Shown here piece after piece: positions 1 to 25,769 of a stretch of DNA of 64,000 nt. The DNA is from the human T2T-CHM13v2.0 reference genome, Homo sapiens. A program made the position numbers and the translations under genes. The notes below the pieces were generated by a model that saw only the letters and a program-made list of their open reading frames with translations, did no database searches and had not been told where the DNA came from. Location of the stretch: NCBI RefSeq assembly GCF_009914755.1, contig NC_060946.1. One strand, written 5' to 3'. Positions within the stretch are counted from its first letter, which is position 1. Every line of letters starts with the position of its first letter.

Positions 1-1858
1 CGGTGGCACGATCTCGGCTCACTGCAACCTCCGCCTCCTGGGTTCAAGCCATTCTCCTGCCCTCAGCCTCCCAAGTAGCTGGGATTACAGGTGCCCACCA
101 CCACGCCCGGCTAATTTTTGTATTTTTAGCAGAGACGGGATTTCACCATGTTGGCCAGGCTGGTCTTGAACTCATGACCTCAGGTGAGCCACCTGCCTTG
201 GCCTCCCAAAGTGCTGGGATTACAGGTATGAGCCACCATACCCAGCCTGGCCTCTGCTTCTTGGCCGGGAAATGGCGAGTCTGGCCCACTCCCTCAAGAA
301 GTCCACAGGCTGGACGCGGCAGAGGCTCTACACGCTCCCAACAAGCCAGCCTCTCCACCACCCTCAACTGGACTGAAGAGAACCCCCCAAGGTCCTCATG
401 CTACTGACAAGTCTCCCCGCAATGGTCCCCACCCTGTACACACTCACAGACCCCCTCAGTCCTCCAGCACAGGGGCCATCAGGACCCAGCCCCGAAGGCC
501 GCCATCGCAGTTGCCATCCCCAACCCTGATCTCACCCTTCACCTTCCAGGCTGCCAATCCCAGTCTGACCCCATCCCCAGACTCATCCTCTGTGGGCTCC
601 GGAACTCTCTGCCCATCATCGCACCCACCATGCCCTCTGCTTATCCTTTAATCTCCACTTCCCCTTCCTGCTCTAATGGGCTCCTGCGAGACGCTGCTTC
701 CCCTGCAGCCCCTGGTGTGGAGACTGCTTTCTCTCCCACCCCCCATACTCCTGGTTGGAGGGGGCCTCCTCTCTAAAGCCCCCAGCTCTTTCCAGGCCTG
801 GTCACCACAGTTACCTTCCTCCTTGTGCAGTCACCTCCAGTCCTCCAGGTCACCACCCCAGATCCCTTGGAGAGCCAGGCTCCTAGTTCATGGTGGTGGG
901 TGATGGCAATGACCAAACAGATGAAACCCCCAACTCCCTGACCTCTGGTGACCCTGTCCTCTACTCCATCTCAGTCCCATCCCCAGGGAGTCCCCAAGCC
1001 TCGTCACCCCTTGCATTATCTCCATGGCAAGTGCTCACTCCCTGACCACTGCCCCTTCTCCTCCCAGCCCACTTCCCTAGTGCCCGACTCCAACAACCCT
1101 CCTCCCCGAGAGACTGCCACCCACCCCCATCTTCTCCCTGTCCCCGCTGCCCTCTGTCTTGCCATCGCAAGCTCCCAATCCTGGTCCCTCCCAACCCTCT
1201 GCCTTCTCTGTACCTAGCCTGGGCAGCTGATCATGGAGGGAGAGAACAACCAACCACACACTGACTGGTCACCCCTGAAGTTCACAGCCACTACCCTGTA
1301 GAGGCCCCGAGGTTGCCGGCAAGCCCAGTATACTTCCATCTAAACTCCCCTTGCACCTGCTCCTCCTGTTCCAGACAATGAGCTGTAACACGCACATCCA
1401 CACCACACATCACCCACAGCAGGGGCAGGAGGCAGCTAAGCATGGGCTTCAGAGTCCTCCCACCAGCAGCGCCTACCAGCTACAAGCCTGACGTCTCTGT
1501 GTGTGTGTGTAAATTTCACTAAATATTTCTTCCTTTGTTTTTTAAAAATTTACATGAAATGCACATTTTTGCTGTGACAGAAGCATGTAACTGTGATCCT
1601 AACACACCTACTCCTCCGCCTTTTACTGCCGTCTGCTTCCCTCTCTTCTCCACGCCCACTCGACTGCAGTATCGATGCCAACAACATGATGTGTGTCCTT
1701 CCATGTTTCCCTGCTCATGCATTCGCATGTAAGCCACCGCACATGTCACTGTATGTACACACAGGGGATTCTGAGGCCAATGTTTTACAAGGATTACGTT
1801 ATACACCCTTTTCTGCAGTGAGTTTTTCCCAGGCAACCTCCCAGGCCCCATGGTGTAG

Positions 1859-1993
<135 letters not shown>

Positions 1994-2737
1994 TGAGTAG
2001 CTGACATTACAAGCGCGCACTACCACACCCGGCTAATTTTTGTATTTTTAGTAGAGATACAGTTTCACCATGTTGGTCAGGCTGGTCTTGAACTCCTGAG
2101 CTCGTGATCCACCTGCCTTGGCCTCCTGAAGTGCTGGGATTACAGGCGTGAGCCACCACGCCCAGCCAGGTCAATCTTTTTAAAGGCCACTTAATAGACC
2201 GCAGAATGAATGAACCATACTGTGTTCAGCCACCACACTCCTGATGGGCTCTCACTTTGTTCCCACTTTCGTCACTACGAGTATGCCACGGAACCGCTCT
2301 AAGCCTTTGTTTCCACACCTGTGAAATGGAGCTAATAGTCTTACCTACTTCAAAATATTACTGGGGAAAGGAATTGATACTGTGTGTAAAGCACTCTGCA
2401 CAGTTTCTGACACATGACAAGCCCTCGAAAGTTAGCTATTTCCTTCCCGCTCTGTAAAATAGATCTTATTATACCCATTTTTTTTTTTTTTTTTTTTTGT
2501 AGAGATGGGGTTTCGCTATGTTTGCCAGCCTGGTCTCGAACTCCTGACCTCAGGTGATCTGCCCGCCTCGGCCTCCCAAAATGCTGGGATTACAGGTGTG
2601 AGCCACTGCACCTGGTCTATTATACCAATTTAAAGGTGGACAAACTGAGGCTCAAACAGTTGCACTGAGTTCCTCCCTGTCACCCAGCTCTATGCGGCAA
2701 AGCCAGGGAATGAGCCCAGGTGACCCGTGAGAAACAC

Positions 2738-2853
2738 GCACTCCACCCAGCCTACTCCAGCTATCCTAGCGGCCAAGCACTCCACCCAGCCTACTCCAGC
2801 TATCCCAGCGGCCAAGCACTCCACCCAGCCTGCTCCAGCTATCCCGGCGGCCA
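2738..2853. repeat. 39-bp tandem repeat x3, TTLL1 intron 10
   Basis: GCACTCCACCCAGCCTACTCCAGCTATCCYAGCGGCCAA at 2738, 2777 and 2816. Confidence 0.93.
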
Positions 2854-3026
2854 GCGGGGGCCTGGCACGTGATCAGTGCACCACACATATGTTTTGAGTA
2901 GGAGCATACACAATGATCAAGTTCAGCACCCAAACTGCTTTTCTGGGCTGGGTGCAGTGGCTCACACTTGTAATCTCAGCACTTTGGGAGGCCGAGGTGG
3001 GAGAATCACTTGAGGTCAGGAGTTCA

Positions 3027-3289
<263 letters not shown>

Positions 3290-3415
3290 TCATTAGTAAA
3301 TGAAACAGTCTGCCCAAATAAGGAGAATCCACATATGCCCAGAAATCCAAGCTGGGCTATGGCACACGCCATTCGGAAACACAGAAGGACAAGCGCACAG
3401 TCACACACACACTTA

Positions 3416-3987
<572 letters not shown>

Positions 3988-4397
3988 TAATATTGCTACT
4001 ATCTAATACCGTCAGAGCACCTTGGATAGGAAACTCTTTGTGATCCACTTTTATTAGCTGTTCAATGAAATATAAGTAATACTTAAAGGTAGGATTAGAA
4101 TTAGGATCTACAAATCAGCGATCGCACAAACATTTTGGGCCAGTGTATATCACAAACGTTATCAGTGCCTACCTGTGTGACTGGTTCTGTCCTAAGTACC
4201 AAGAGCCCCACAAGGGTTTGTTAGAATCAGTGACCCAAATGGCCCTGCCCAAGCAGCAGTGTGGGTTTCAGCAAAAGGCAATGGGCTCCCTTTTTGCTAA
4301 GAGAGTAATATCTCATTAGTAAAGCAGCATTCTCACTCAAATGATGAATCCTTCCAACACATGGAAAGGTGGTCCCATAAGGCCTCTGAGAAGCTAA

Positions 4398-4800
<403 letters not shown>

Positions 4801-5061
4801 TAGGCACTGTTCTAATGACCTTGGTTAGCTGTTTCAGGCCATGGGGGATTAGAGGGAGCAAATTTGTAAGCTGTTTACATTTCTCCCAGTCAGACTGCCT
4901 GTCTGTGCTGCTAGCAGTGTATCGAATATGTACTGTGCCAAAGAATTGCACACATCTCATTGTCCTCAAAATGACCACTGTAGTATACCATAATACTATA
5001 ATTCTTATTATGAATACATGAAGATTAAGAATTGTTATTAGGGGCCGGGCGCGGTGGCTCA

Positions 5062-5356
<295 letters not shown>

Positions 5357-5969
5357 TTAGGCTGTGTGCAGTGGCTCACACCTATAACTCCAGCACTTTG
5401 GGAGGCCGAGGTGGAGGGATCGCTTGAAGCTAGGAGTTCAAGACTAGCCTAGGCAACACAGCGAGACCCCATCTCTACCAAAAAAAAAAAAAAAAATTAT
5501 CTGGGAAGAGTGGCACACACCTCTACTCCCAGCTACACAGGAGGCTGAGGTGAGAAGGATCACTTGAGCCCAGGAGTTCAAGTTGCGGCGAGCAATGATG
5601 GTGACATTGCACTCCAGCCTGGAACACAGAGCGAGACTTGGTCTCTTAAAAAAAAAAACCCAGGCCAGACATGGTGGCTCAAACCTGTAATCCCAGCACT
5701 TTGGGAGGCTGCAGTGGGCGGATCACTTGAGGTCCGGGTTCAAGACCAGCCTGACCAACATGGTAAAACCCCATCTCTACTAAAAATACAAAAATTAGCC
5801 AGGCGTGGTGGCAGTTACCTGTAATCCCAGCTACTCAGGAGGCCGAGGCACAAGAATCACTTGAACCCAGGAGGCAGAGGTTGGAGTGAGCCGAGGTCGT
5901 GCCACTGCACTCCAGCCTGGGTGACAGAGCAGGACTCTGTCTCAAAAAAATAAAAATAAAAAATACCCA

Positions 5970-6135
5970 AAACACTAGGCTCTGCAAAAGAGGGGAGTGA
6001 AGAAGAAGGCGAGAGTTTAAAAACTCCGTATTGAATACTATGTTCACTATTTGGGTGACGGGCTCAAGAGAAGCCCAAAGCCCAGCATTCTGCAATATAT
6101 CCATGTAACAAACCGGCATATGTGCCCCCTGAAAC
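5970..6135 (+). mobile_element. L1PB/L1MA-type 3' end fragment
   Basis: ..TACTATGTTCACTATTTGGGTGACGGG..CAATATATCCATGTAACAAACC..ATGTGCCCCCTGAA followed by an A-tail. Confidence 0.7.
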
Positions 6136-6172
6136 AAGAAAAAAAAAAAAAAAGGCTGGGAGCAGTTGCTCA

Positions 6173-6522
<350 letters not shown>

Positions 6523-7161
6523 TCAGTCTCAAAAAAACAAAACCAAACAAACAAAAAACACACACAAAAAAACCCAGCTTGCACAACATAGTGAGACCCC
6601 ATCTCCACAAAAAAAAAAAAAAAAAATTAGCCAAGCATGGTGGCACATGCCTGTAATCCCAGCTACTCAGGAGGCTGAGGCAGGAAGATCACTTAAGCTC
6701 AGAAGGTGTAGGCTGCAGCGAGCTATGATTACACCACTGCCTCCAGCCTAGGCCACAGAGTGGGACCCTGTCTCAAGACAGAAAAAAAAAAAGAAAAGAA
6801 AAAAAAAAAAGAATTGTTGGCTGGGCACGGTGGCTCACGCCTGTCATCCTAGCACTTTGGGAGGCCGAGGCAGGCAAATTGCCTGAGCGCTCAGGAGTTG
6901 GAGACCAGCCTGGGCAACATGGTGAAACCCCGTCTCTGCTAAAATACAAAAAATTAGCCAGGGTTGGCGGCATGCACCCGTAGTCCCAGCTACTCCAGGA
7001 GGCTGAGGCAGGAGAATTGCTTGAACCCGGGAGGCGGGGGTTGCAGTGAGCCGAGATTGCGCCATTGCTCTCCAGCCTAGGCGACAGAGTGAGACTCCGT
7101 CTCAAAAACAAAAAAACAGAATTGTTATTATATAAAAAGTAGGGCTGGGTGCAGTGGCTCA

Positions 7162-7914
<753 letters not shown>

Positions 7915-8672
7915 TAAGGAGTTGCCTGGAAAATGCCACGATGGAACCAGCTCACTTGGCTCTTCAGCAGCTTCCTGCAGGGGTTCCCATGACTCTACCC
8001 ATAGGGAACCAGTCCCTACAACCTGCTATTGTGGACTTGGGTGTCCTGGCTCAAAATGTGACCGAGATGAAGGGCCCAAGCCATCCACTGGCAAATGAAC
8101 TTGGTTGGGAGGGCGTGCAGGGAGATGAACCAATAGAGCCGGAGTTCTTTTGTCCCCTTGGAGGCCTGAAGCTCCTCCTCCTGGCTCCAGAGCAACGGTT
8201 GGGCAAGGTGGGTTTGAAGCTGGGGCCTCTGAGAAGCGCGCCAGCGCCCACTGTGGCTGAGGTCGCACCAGCCAGGCTTGGTGTCAGGAGGCAGTGCTAA
8301 ACAGATAGCCAACACGACATCCTCTCCACCCACTGAAAGAGGCAGAGGAATCCACTTCCAAACTCTACCTTCATATATGCCAAAGAAGAGCAGGGGCGTT
8401 CCTTCCCTCAGGAGAGTGTGCTCCTGCTGGCCAAGGGTACCGAGGTTGTGAGCTGCTTTCCTAGATGGGAACACTGTCACCCATGAGGACAGGGGAGGGC
8501 CTGGGGGACAGGGTGCAGGACTGAGGGAGGATGAACTAGCCCAGATGCACCCTGGAGGAGTCATAGCCACCAAGTTCACGTGAGATGGGCTACAGCTCCC
8601 TGTCGTGGGCTGGGCTCTGGGAGGGGAGCAAGGCAGGAATGTGCTTATACCTTAACCATCAGCAAACAATCA

Positions 8673-9137
<465 letters not shown>

Positions 9138-9430
9138 TCATCAGAGGCTTGACTAGCACCCAACCCCTCTGTTGGCGTGAGACTGTCATCAGAGTGAACG
9201 GATGTCCAGCTCCAAGCCCAGAACCTGCAGTGAAGGTCTGTGCAGCCTTATCACAGACAAACACAAACTGTCCACCAGGCTGCCCGTTACCCCTTCCCAG
9301 GCCCTTAGGGATCCGGGTGCCAGACTATTAACCTCTGTTCCCAGTGACAAAAGTAAATCCATTTACATACAAATTTTTGAATTTCCTTTGTAATTTTCAA
9401 TTCCATTTCACTTAGATACACCTTAGATTA

Positions 9431-9580
<150 letters not shown>

Positions 9581-9755
9581 CTACAAAAAATAAAAAATTT
9601 AGCTGGGTGTGGTGGTATGTGCCATTAGTCCCAGCTACTCGGGACAGCTGGAGGCTGGGAGGAAGAGGAGTGCCGTGAGGAGTGCTGGAGTGCAGTGAGC
9701 CATGATCGTGCCACTGCACTCCAGCCTGGGTGACAGAGCAAGAACCTGTCACTTA

Positions 9756-10117
<362 letters not shown>

Positions 10118-11450
10118 TTATGATGCAGATTCCTGGGCCCTCCCCAGCCTGCCTGGATTCAACCTCTGGAGACGCACCACAGTTTTACAGGCTCCTCAGA
10201 GACTTGTGCACCCTATAGTCAGTGAAGCATAGAGACGGGGTAGGGAGGTCTTGTCACACGATAGAGGGCATCGGACTCCGCTTCAACGAAACACTTGAAG
10301 CTAGAAACTCTGGGAAGGAGACAGCCTGGACCACCCTCCTCACTCACTGAGAGAAAGGGAGGCTCTTGGCTGCCTCCTCATGTAATTTAGCGGAATTACA
10401 TTTAAACTAAAAGCCTGGTATCCTCATCCAGGCCAGTGCCCAGATTACTGTCCCAGAAAATGTCTGTAAGACAGGAAGTCATTAGCCTGACTGTCATTCT
10501 CCAAACCCTGCTCTGCCTCCAGCCCTGAGCAGGCTGCCTGCATTGCGTAGCTCTCAGTGTCTCTGTCCAGTCTCATGCTGCAGGTTTGGGTTCCTCGGGG
10601 GGTCTCAGAGCCACCTCCCGTCCTGCACCAGGCCCCTCCCATGTGCCTGTTTCCTTGTCTGCCTCACTCTGAGGACAACATGCCTGGTAAAAACCAGGTG
10701 ATGAAATATTTGCTAAGTGAATAAAAACTGAATAAATAAATTCCTGCTCCCAAAGCCTCACAGAGCCTTAGAAATCTATCATAACAGCTTTTCAGTTCAG
10801 GAAACTGAGGCCCAGAAGGAGTCGTTCAGAGGCACCTGCCAGAGGGCCAGGCTGAAAGAATACAGGTTTCCTTGATTAAACAGCTAACTTTTTCTCAAAG
10901 ATCTACCAAAATGGGCTGGGGAGGGAGGGAGAGCAAAGGGCTGCTTAATCCGGCATTAGAATTCACACAGTCACGTGTCAACCGATGAGCGGTATTTAAC
11001 CCTTCCCAATCATGAAGTCAGTCTCTGCAGAGCACTGTTCACACATACGCCGTGACACTGGTGTCAGGGTCCCAGTTTCACAGATGAGGCATCTGAGGCC
11101 CAGCAAGAGTGGGCTCTTGAGCAAAGTCCCCTGTCGGGATATGGTGGGGCCTGGCATGGAATCAGATCTGAACTCCACACTCGTTACCTGCCACCCAAGC
11201 TGCAACCCAAGCCACCAAGGTATAAGGAGCTTCAGTGGGACAAGAGATGGGGCACTCGGCCCCTAAGATGTATCTCCAGCAGTGAACTAGGTCCCGGGTT
11301 TTTTCTGTCGAATCCTCTGTGAGCCAAAGACACAAAACGAACCCACACACCGTGCTCACGCACCACTTTGAAAGCAGGAAGAGCTTCACTTAAAGTGCAG
11401 AAAGTCAAGGCACCAACCCGACATAATCTCTTTTTTTTTTTTTTTTTTGA

Positions 11451-11936
<486 letters not shown>

Positions 11937-11970
11937 TAGCCAGGATGGTCTTGATCTTCTGACCTTGTGA

Positions 11971-12588
<618 letters not shown>

Positions 12589-12649
12589 TGACCTCCCAAA
12601 GGGCTGGGACAACAGGTGTGCACCAACACATTCGGCTAATTAAAAATAA

Positions 12650-13111
<462 letters not shown>

Positions 13112-13469
13112 TAATCCCAGCACTTTGGGAGTCCGAGGCAGGTGGATCACGAGGTCAAGAGATGGAGACCATCCTAGCCAACATGGTGAAACCTGTCTCT
13201 ACTAAAAATACAAAAATTAGCTGGGCGTGGTGGCGCGCACTTGTAGTCCCAGCTACTCAGGAGGCTGAGACAAGAGAATTGCTTGAACCTGGGAGGCGGA
13301 GGTTGCAGTGAGCCGAGATCGCATCACTGCACTCCAGCCTGGCGACACAGCGAGACTCTGTCTCAAAAAAAAAAAATTGAAAAAAAAAAAAATGTTCACA
13401 CATCAACCTTGATGCCATCACACTTTCTCCAGAACAGCAGTTTCACACATTTCCATCTTTCTTCTTGTC

Positions 13470-13500
<31 letters not shown>

Positions 13501-13596
13501 ACAGGGCTGGCCGGGTGCAGTAGCTCACGCCTGTAATCCCAGCACTTTTGGGAGGTCCAGGTGCGTGGATCACCTCAGGTCAGGAGTTCGAGACTA

Positions 13597-13815
<219 letters not shown>

Positions 13816-14804
13816 TTAAAGAGACAGGGCCTCATGGTCACCCAGACTGGAGTGCATTGGCGTGATCGTGGCTCACTGTACCCTCAAACTCCTGGACTCA
13901 AGCAATCCTCCCACCTCACCCTTCTGACTAGCTGGGATCACAAGTATGTGCCACCACGCCCGGCTAATTTATTTTTTATTTTTAGAAGCAAGGTCTTGGC
14001 CAGGCGCGGTGGCTCACATCTGTAATCCCAGCACTTTGGGAGGCTGAGGTGGGTGGATCACAAGTTCAGGAGATCCAGACCAGCCTGGCCAACATGGTGA
14101 AACTCTGTCAGTACTAAAAATACAAAAATTAGTTGGACATTGTGGCGCAAGCCTGTAATCCCAGCTACTTGGGAGGCTGAGGCAGGAGAATTGTTTGAAC
14201 CAGGGATCGGAGGCTGCAGTGGGCTGAGATTGTGCCACTGCACTCCAGCCTGGTCGACAGAATGAGACTCCGTCTCAAATTAAATTAAAAAAAAAAAAAA
14301 AAAAAAGCAGGGTCTTACTTTGTTACCCTCAAGTCCCAAACTTTTGGGCTTAAGTGATCCTCCACCTCGGCGTCTCAAAGTGCTGGGATTACAGGCGTGA
14401 GCCACTGTGCCCGGCCAATTTCATACATTTCTGACTGTGGAGGGAAGCTCTTTCTCACAGCCTCTTGACACCAATGTGGGGGACACATACCACAGCTGGC
14501 CATGGTTACTTTTGCTCTTTGACATGGTGGTGATTCTTTGAGCTTTGGGAGTTTTGTAAAGCACCTTTGTTAAAAGAATGGGAAGTATCCCACCACACAC
14601 ACACTCCACGGTGATGTGGCACCCACTCTCTGGGCCCACATCTGAGTAGGTGGGTCTCTCAGGGGCCACCTCAAAAAGTAAAAGAACAGACCATACTTGC
14701 CCTCAGAGAAAAAAACAAAAGACCACGAAACTGACAGGAGAGACTGGGCTCCTGGAGTGGGCAGGGGAGGGTGGGAGGGTTGCTTTCCTGCCCCTCCCTC
14801 ATAG

Positions 14805-15125
<321 letters not shown>

Positions 15126-15623
15126 TAGTTGTAGTAGAGACGGGGTTTCACCCTGTTAGCCAGGATGGTCTCGATCTCCTGACCTCGTGATCTGCGCACC
15201 TTGGCCTCCCAAAGTGCTGGGATTACAGGTGTGAGCCACAGCGCCCGGCCCCGGAAATATTAATAGTAGCAAGCTTGCTGGTGCTCATATGTTCATTTCT
15301 CTCTTTTCCCTTAAAAACAGATGTGCACCTGCTTTAACACGGTAAAACAAAACACGAATGCCAACTGAAAACCAGCAAACAAACATAAAATGTGAAGATA
15401 AAAAAAGAGGCACGCCATTTCCAGCCCGAAATATCTATGAAATACTAAAGTCAGGACATCACAGACAAGACGCTGCTGGAAGTCCATCTCCAATATATCA
15501 GTTTATGCCAAAATAGTTATTATTGACTTAGTGGGTATAAGAGGAGTGGAGGGGCCAGGGCCTGTGGCTACACCTGAGAGGCTAGCCCGGCTCACCCCGG
15601 GATGGCACTGGGCTGCAAGCTAG

Positions 15624-17162
<1,539 letters not shown>

Positions 17163-17913
17163 TAATACTCTCAGGCTTAATCATTTATGCCTCACAGCAC
17201 AGGCTGTGGAGTGCTGCCGGGATACCCTTCAAGACCAAGGCACTCATTCTTCTAGCTGAGACCCACCCTCACTGAGAGTGCCCTTGGCTTGAGGGAGCTG
17301 CCTAATCCAGGGTGAAAGCCCTCCCCAAGGCAACAGCATACCATGTCTGGCTGATGCCAGGTGTCAGCCCCTGCTCCCTCCAGGACAGCTCTGCAGGGCC
17401 ACCCCTGCTCCACAGCGCCCCACGGTGGGCAGAGGCCTCCACTGCAGCAACATCAGCTTGCCGACTTCTACCTCAGAGTCTTTCCTGGGGAAGCCAACCT
17501 AAGACACTGGGCTCACACTGCAGTTTAAAAGCACCACACTCATCACTCTCTAACAACCTTGAGAAGACGCCATTATCATCCCATTTCACAGGGGACGCCG
17601 GGCTCAGAGAAGCTGTTACTTGGCCAAGCTTTCCTCCTGGGCTGGGATGGGGCTGGGCCTCCAGCCCAAATGTTCTGATGCCACTTCTGAGCTCTTCCTG
17701 TTTTGCCACCCCTGAAAATTAATTCTCCATACAATGCTTATCTTTGAAGGCAAAGAGCTAGAAAATACCCAAATGTATTACATTGTTAGGAGACTACATT
17801 TCATTTTCTAAGTATAAAGTGAGAACCATGAACTAAAACAAAACCAGCCTACTAACTCTTCGAGCAAACACCACTGACTCAAAGCAGATAAAAGGAGAAT
17901 TAACCATATTTTA

Positions 17914-18261
<348 letters not shown>

Positions 18262-19140
18262 TTACTCTGAGGAAGACCTGAAGGGGAAGCGAGTTAGGCC
18301 AGCCACATGTGGAAGCCACTTGGCCCCGGTAAGCAGTGGCCATCGTCATCCCAAGACCAGCAAGGTGAACCCCTGGCTCCTGTTGGCAGCTGTGGGGCCC
18401 AGAGGGCTGGTGAGCTGCCCAAGTCACACAGAGGTAAGTGATGGGCAGAGGACCGAGTCCAGCCTCGTCTGACCAAACTCTTCAGCAGGTTCTTCAGAAA
18501 TGCATATTTCATACCAATACTCACTCTCTTTCTCCTCAAATCAGAAAACAGACCAGAGCATTCAAGGCTTCCATCCAAAGAAGATTCAAATCAAAGAAGG
18601 AGTCTTTCATAAAGAAACGAGACCTTTGGTTTATGTTGGGGTGAAATTAGAGCCCCTAACCTGAACTGGGTCCACAAAGCCCTGTGTGTCTGCCCTTGCT
18701 GGCCTCTCCAGTCCCTCCCCATCCACTGCCCTCACGCCAGGGGCTCCTGCTACCCTGGCGTCCTTTCAGCCCCTGTAATGCTCCCTCTGGCAACAGGGCC
18801 TCGGCACACGTTGTACCTACTACTATGGAACCTTCTCCACCCTCTCTGGATTATCCCTACTCATGCTTCAGATCTCGGCTCCAGCACCGCTTTGCAGGGA
18901 AGCCTTCTCCAACCACTGGATAAGGGGCTTCTTTTGTTCCATGATCTTCTAGATGTGTGTTCCTCACTTTCAGAGCAAGCAGCTCAGTTTGTAATTTCAT
19001 GTTCATCAGGGTGATTATTTGATGACTATCTCCCCTGGAAGCTCTGGGATCTGTGAGAGTAGGTACTAAGGTAGGCTTTGCCTATCACTGTGTCCTGGGC
19101 ACTCAGAAGGGGACCAACTCACATAGGTACTCAATGGGTA

Positions 19141-20134
<994 letters not shown>

Positions 20135-20602
20135 AAGCAGAAGTCACCTCATGACATCCTCCCACAGTCCCGCCAGGTAATACTATGATCTCCTTTTATA
20201 AATGGAGAAACCGAGGCTCTGAGAGTTACACTGACTTGCCCGAGGCCACAGAACTAGAAAGGCAGGGCTTGAGCCTGCTGCCTTCTTTCTCCAGGTGCCC
20301 CCACCCAGCCACGGCATTCAGCTGATGTGTCCTAGGCCAGCCCGCCTGATGCCTAGAGCCTCCCAGTCCCATCAGTGCCGGACCTTAGACCAGGATACTC
20401 TTTGAGTATCACTTCTATACCCACCCTGTTCTTGCAAAAATAGAAGAAAGAAACCCACAAAGTCGGTCCTTTTTTTTTTTTTTTTCTTTTGAGACAGAGT
20501 CTCGCTCAGTTGTCCAGGCTGGAGTGCAATGGTGCAATCTCGGCTCACTGCAACCTTTGCCTTCTGGTTCAAGCGATTCTCCTGCCTCAGCCTCCCGAGT
20601 AG

Positions 20603-20945
<343 letters not shown>

Positions 20946-21195
20946 TTAATTCAAACTCTGAGGAGAAACAAAAAGAAAAGACACCACTTCATTCTCTAAA
21001 AAGAGCTGCTTTTGTGTGTGTGATTTACACGACTCACATCGGCATCGGGCCTGACTGCTCTTACTTCCCTCAATCCCTGCCCCGTGCCAGGCACCGCACA
21101 TGCACTGTTTTATGAAACCTCACAATGGTGCTAAGAAGAAAGACGTTTTGGGTGAAAACACAATCAAGAGGGAACCAAAACCTTAGGGACGCTTA

Positions 21196-21438
<243 letters not shown>

Positions 21439-21626
21439 TTAAAGAGTTTTGGCTGGGCGCGGTGGCTCACGCCTGTAATCCCAGCACTTTGGGAGGCGAG
21501 GCGGGTGGATCACTTCAGGTCGGGAGTTCAAGACGAGCCTGGTCAACACGGTGAAACCCCGTCTCTGCTAAAAAGAAAAAAAATTAGCCCGGTGTGGTGG
21601 TGTGTGCCTGTAGTCCCAGATACTCA

Positions 21627-22890
<1,264 letters not shown>

Positions 22891-22964
22891 ATCAAGCTAC
22901 TGGAGGCCTGTAATCCCAGCACTTTGGGAAGCCGAGGCAGGAGGATCACGAGGTCAGGAGTTCA

Positions 22965-23240
<276 letters not shown>

Positions 23241-25137
23241 TCAGCTGGCAACACGCTCCCGGCCTCTCACTGTGAGGGGCTGGGTCATCAGGAAGGAAAT
23301 GGGGGTGGGGTGTATCCATGGAGGACACACCCCCTGCCCCAGGGGACAGTGCAAGCAGCTGCAGGACAGTCCCCAGGAGTCCACTCAGGGAAATGCTCCT
23401 CGGGCCTGGCCATCTGGGGGCTAGCAAAGTGTAATTAGATTTAAGCATGGCCGGGCATGGTGGCTGACACCTGTAGTCCCAGCACTTTGGGAGGCTGAGG
23501 CAGGCAGATCACTTGAGCCCGGGAATTTGAGATCAACCTGGGCAACATGATGAAACCCTGCCTCTACAAAAAAGAAAAATTAGCCAGGTGTGGTCGTGTG
23601 TACCTATAGTCTCAGCTACTCAGGAGGCTGAGGTGGGAGGATCGCTTGGGCCTAGGAGGTTGAGGTTGCAGTGAGCCATGATCCCGTCTTAAAAAAAAAA
23701 AAATTTTTTTTTAGGCCACACACAGTGGCTCACCCCCTGTAATACTAGCACTTTGGGAGGCCAAGGTGGGTGGATCACTTGAGGTCAAGAGTTAGAGACC
23801 AGCCTGGCCAACATGGTAAAACCCCATCTCTACTAAAAATAAAAAAATTAGCCAGGCATGGTGGGTGCCTGTGATCCCAGCTACTTGGGAGGCTGAGGTA
23901 GGCAGATCGCTTGAACCTGGGAGGCGTGAGGTTGCAGTGAGCTGAGATTGTACCACTGTACTCCAGCCTGGGCAACAGAGTGAGACTCCATCTCAAAAGA
24001 AAAAAAAAAAAGTAAACATGCTATAAAATGAGAAGGTGTCTCCTGTCACCCTGGGAACTCCTGACAAGTGAGTCATCTCCCCACTGGAAAAGGATCAGAC
24101 AGAAGCTTTGCCCCGGTGGGCCCCGGGCACTTCTGAGCAGCTGAGAAAAAACAAAGACAGAGAAGCCAGCAGACCCAGGCCCCTGGGCTTGCCACGAGGC
24201 CACTGCCCCACCACTTGCTCGGCTGTGCCCATCGGCTGTGCCCGGCTCCTCCCAGATGCTTCATATTTCACATGTGTTAACTCGTTCCATCCCCATCACA
24301 ACCCCATGGCAGTGGTGCTGCTGGTGTCCCCGGTTTACTCAGATGGAGAATGTAAGACATGGAGAGTCTGAAGAACAAAATACGCTCAGCCACTTCGTGT
24401 GAGACTGGGCTTCAAACCCAGGACCCTAGGGCCACGAGTCCCAGGACTTTGGCAGGTGCCTCGCTGCCTCAGAACCACCACGACTGAGCGGTTCTCACAC
24501 CAGCCTGTAATCAAAAAGTGGCTGCAGGCCCTGGCCCATGACCTACACCCTTCTTCATGGCCTGCCTTGGGCAGAGTCTGGGACTAATCACACGAAGACA
24601 ACCACAGAACCCCACCGTGACGCCACGTGACAGATGACGCACGCCTGTAAAAGCAAGCATGGGCTGTGTGGCTCATGGCCAAAGACCACAGAACAGGCCA
24701 GGAACAGTGAATCACGCCTGTAATCCCAGCACTTTGGGAGGCCGAGGTGGGTGGATCACCCTGAGGTCAGGAGTTTGAGACCAGCCTGGCTAACAGGGCA
24801 AAACCCCACCTCTCTCTCTTTCTTTTTTTTAGACAGAATCTCACTCTGTCACCCAGGCTGGAGTGCATGGCGCGATCTCAGCTCACTGCAACCTCTGCCT
24901 TCTGGGTTCAAGCGATTCTCCTGCCTCAGCCTCCTGAGTAGATGGGATTACAGGCACCTGCCACCTCACCTGGCTAATTTTTTTTTTTTTTTTTGTATTT
25001 TTAGTAGAGATGGAGTTTCGCCATCTTGGCCAGGCTGGTCTTGATCTCCTGACCTCATGATCCACCCACCTCGGCCTCCCAAAGGGCTGAGATTACAGGC
25101 ATGAGCCACCATGCCCAGCCGCAAAACCCCATCTCTA

Positions 25138-25769
<632 letters not shown>

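Noticed and set aside
2848-2864. CTCF-like GGCCAGCGGGGGCC
   Set aside because: Lacks the central A and correct spacing of the CCASYAGRKGGC core.
8492-8513. G4 motif GGGGAGGGCCTGGGGGACAGGG on the plus strand
   Set aside because: Single common motif with no other support.
7941-8579. Overlapping 119-187 aa ORFs in unique intron-9 sequence
   Set aside because: No recognisable domain or splice context; expected by chance in GC-rich DNA.
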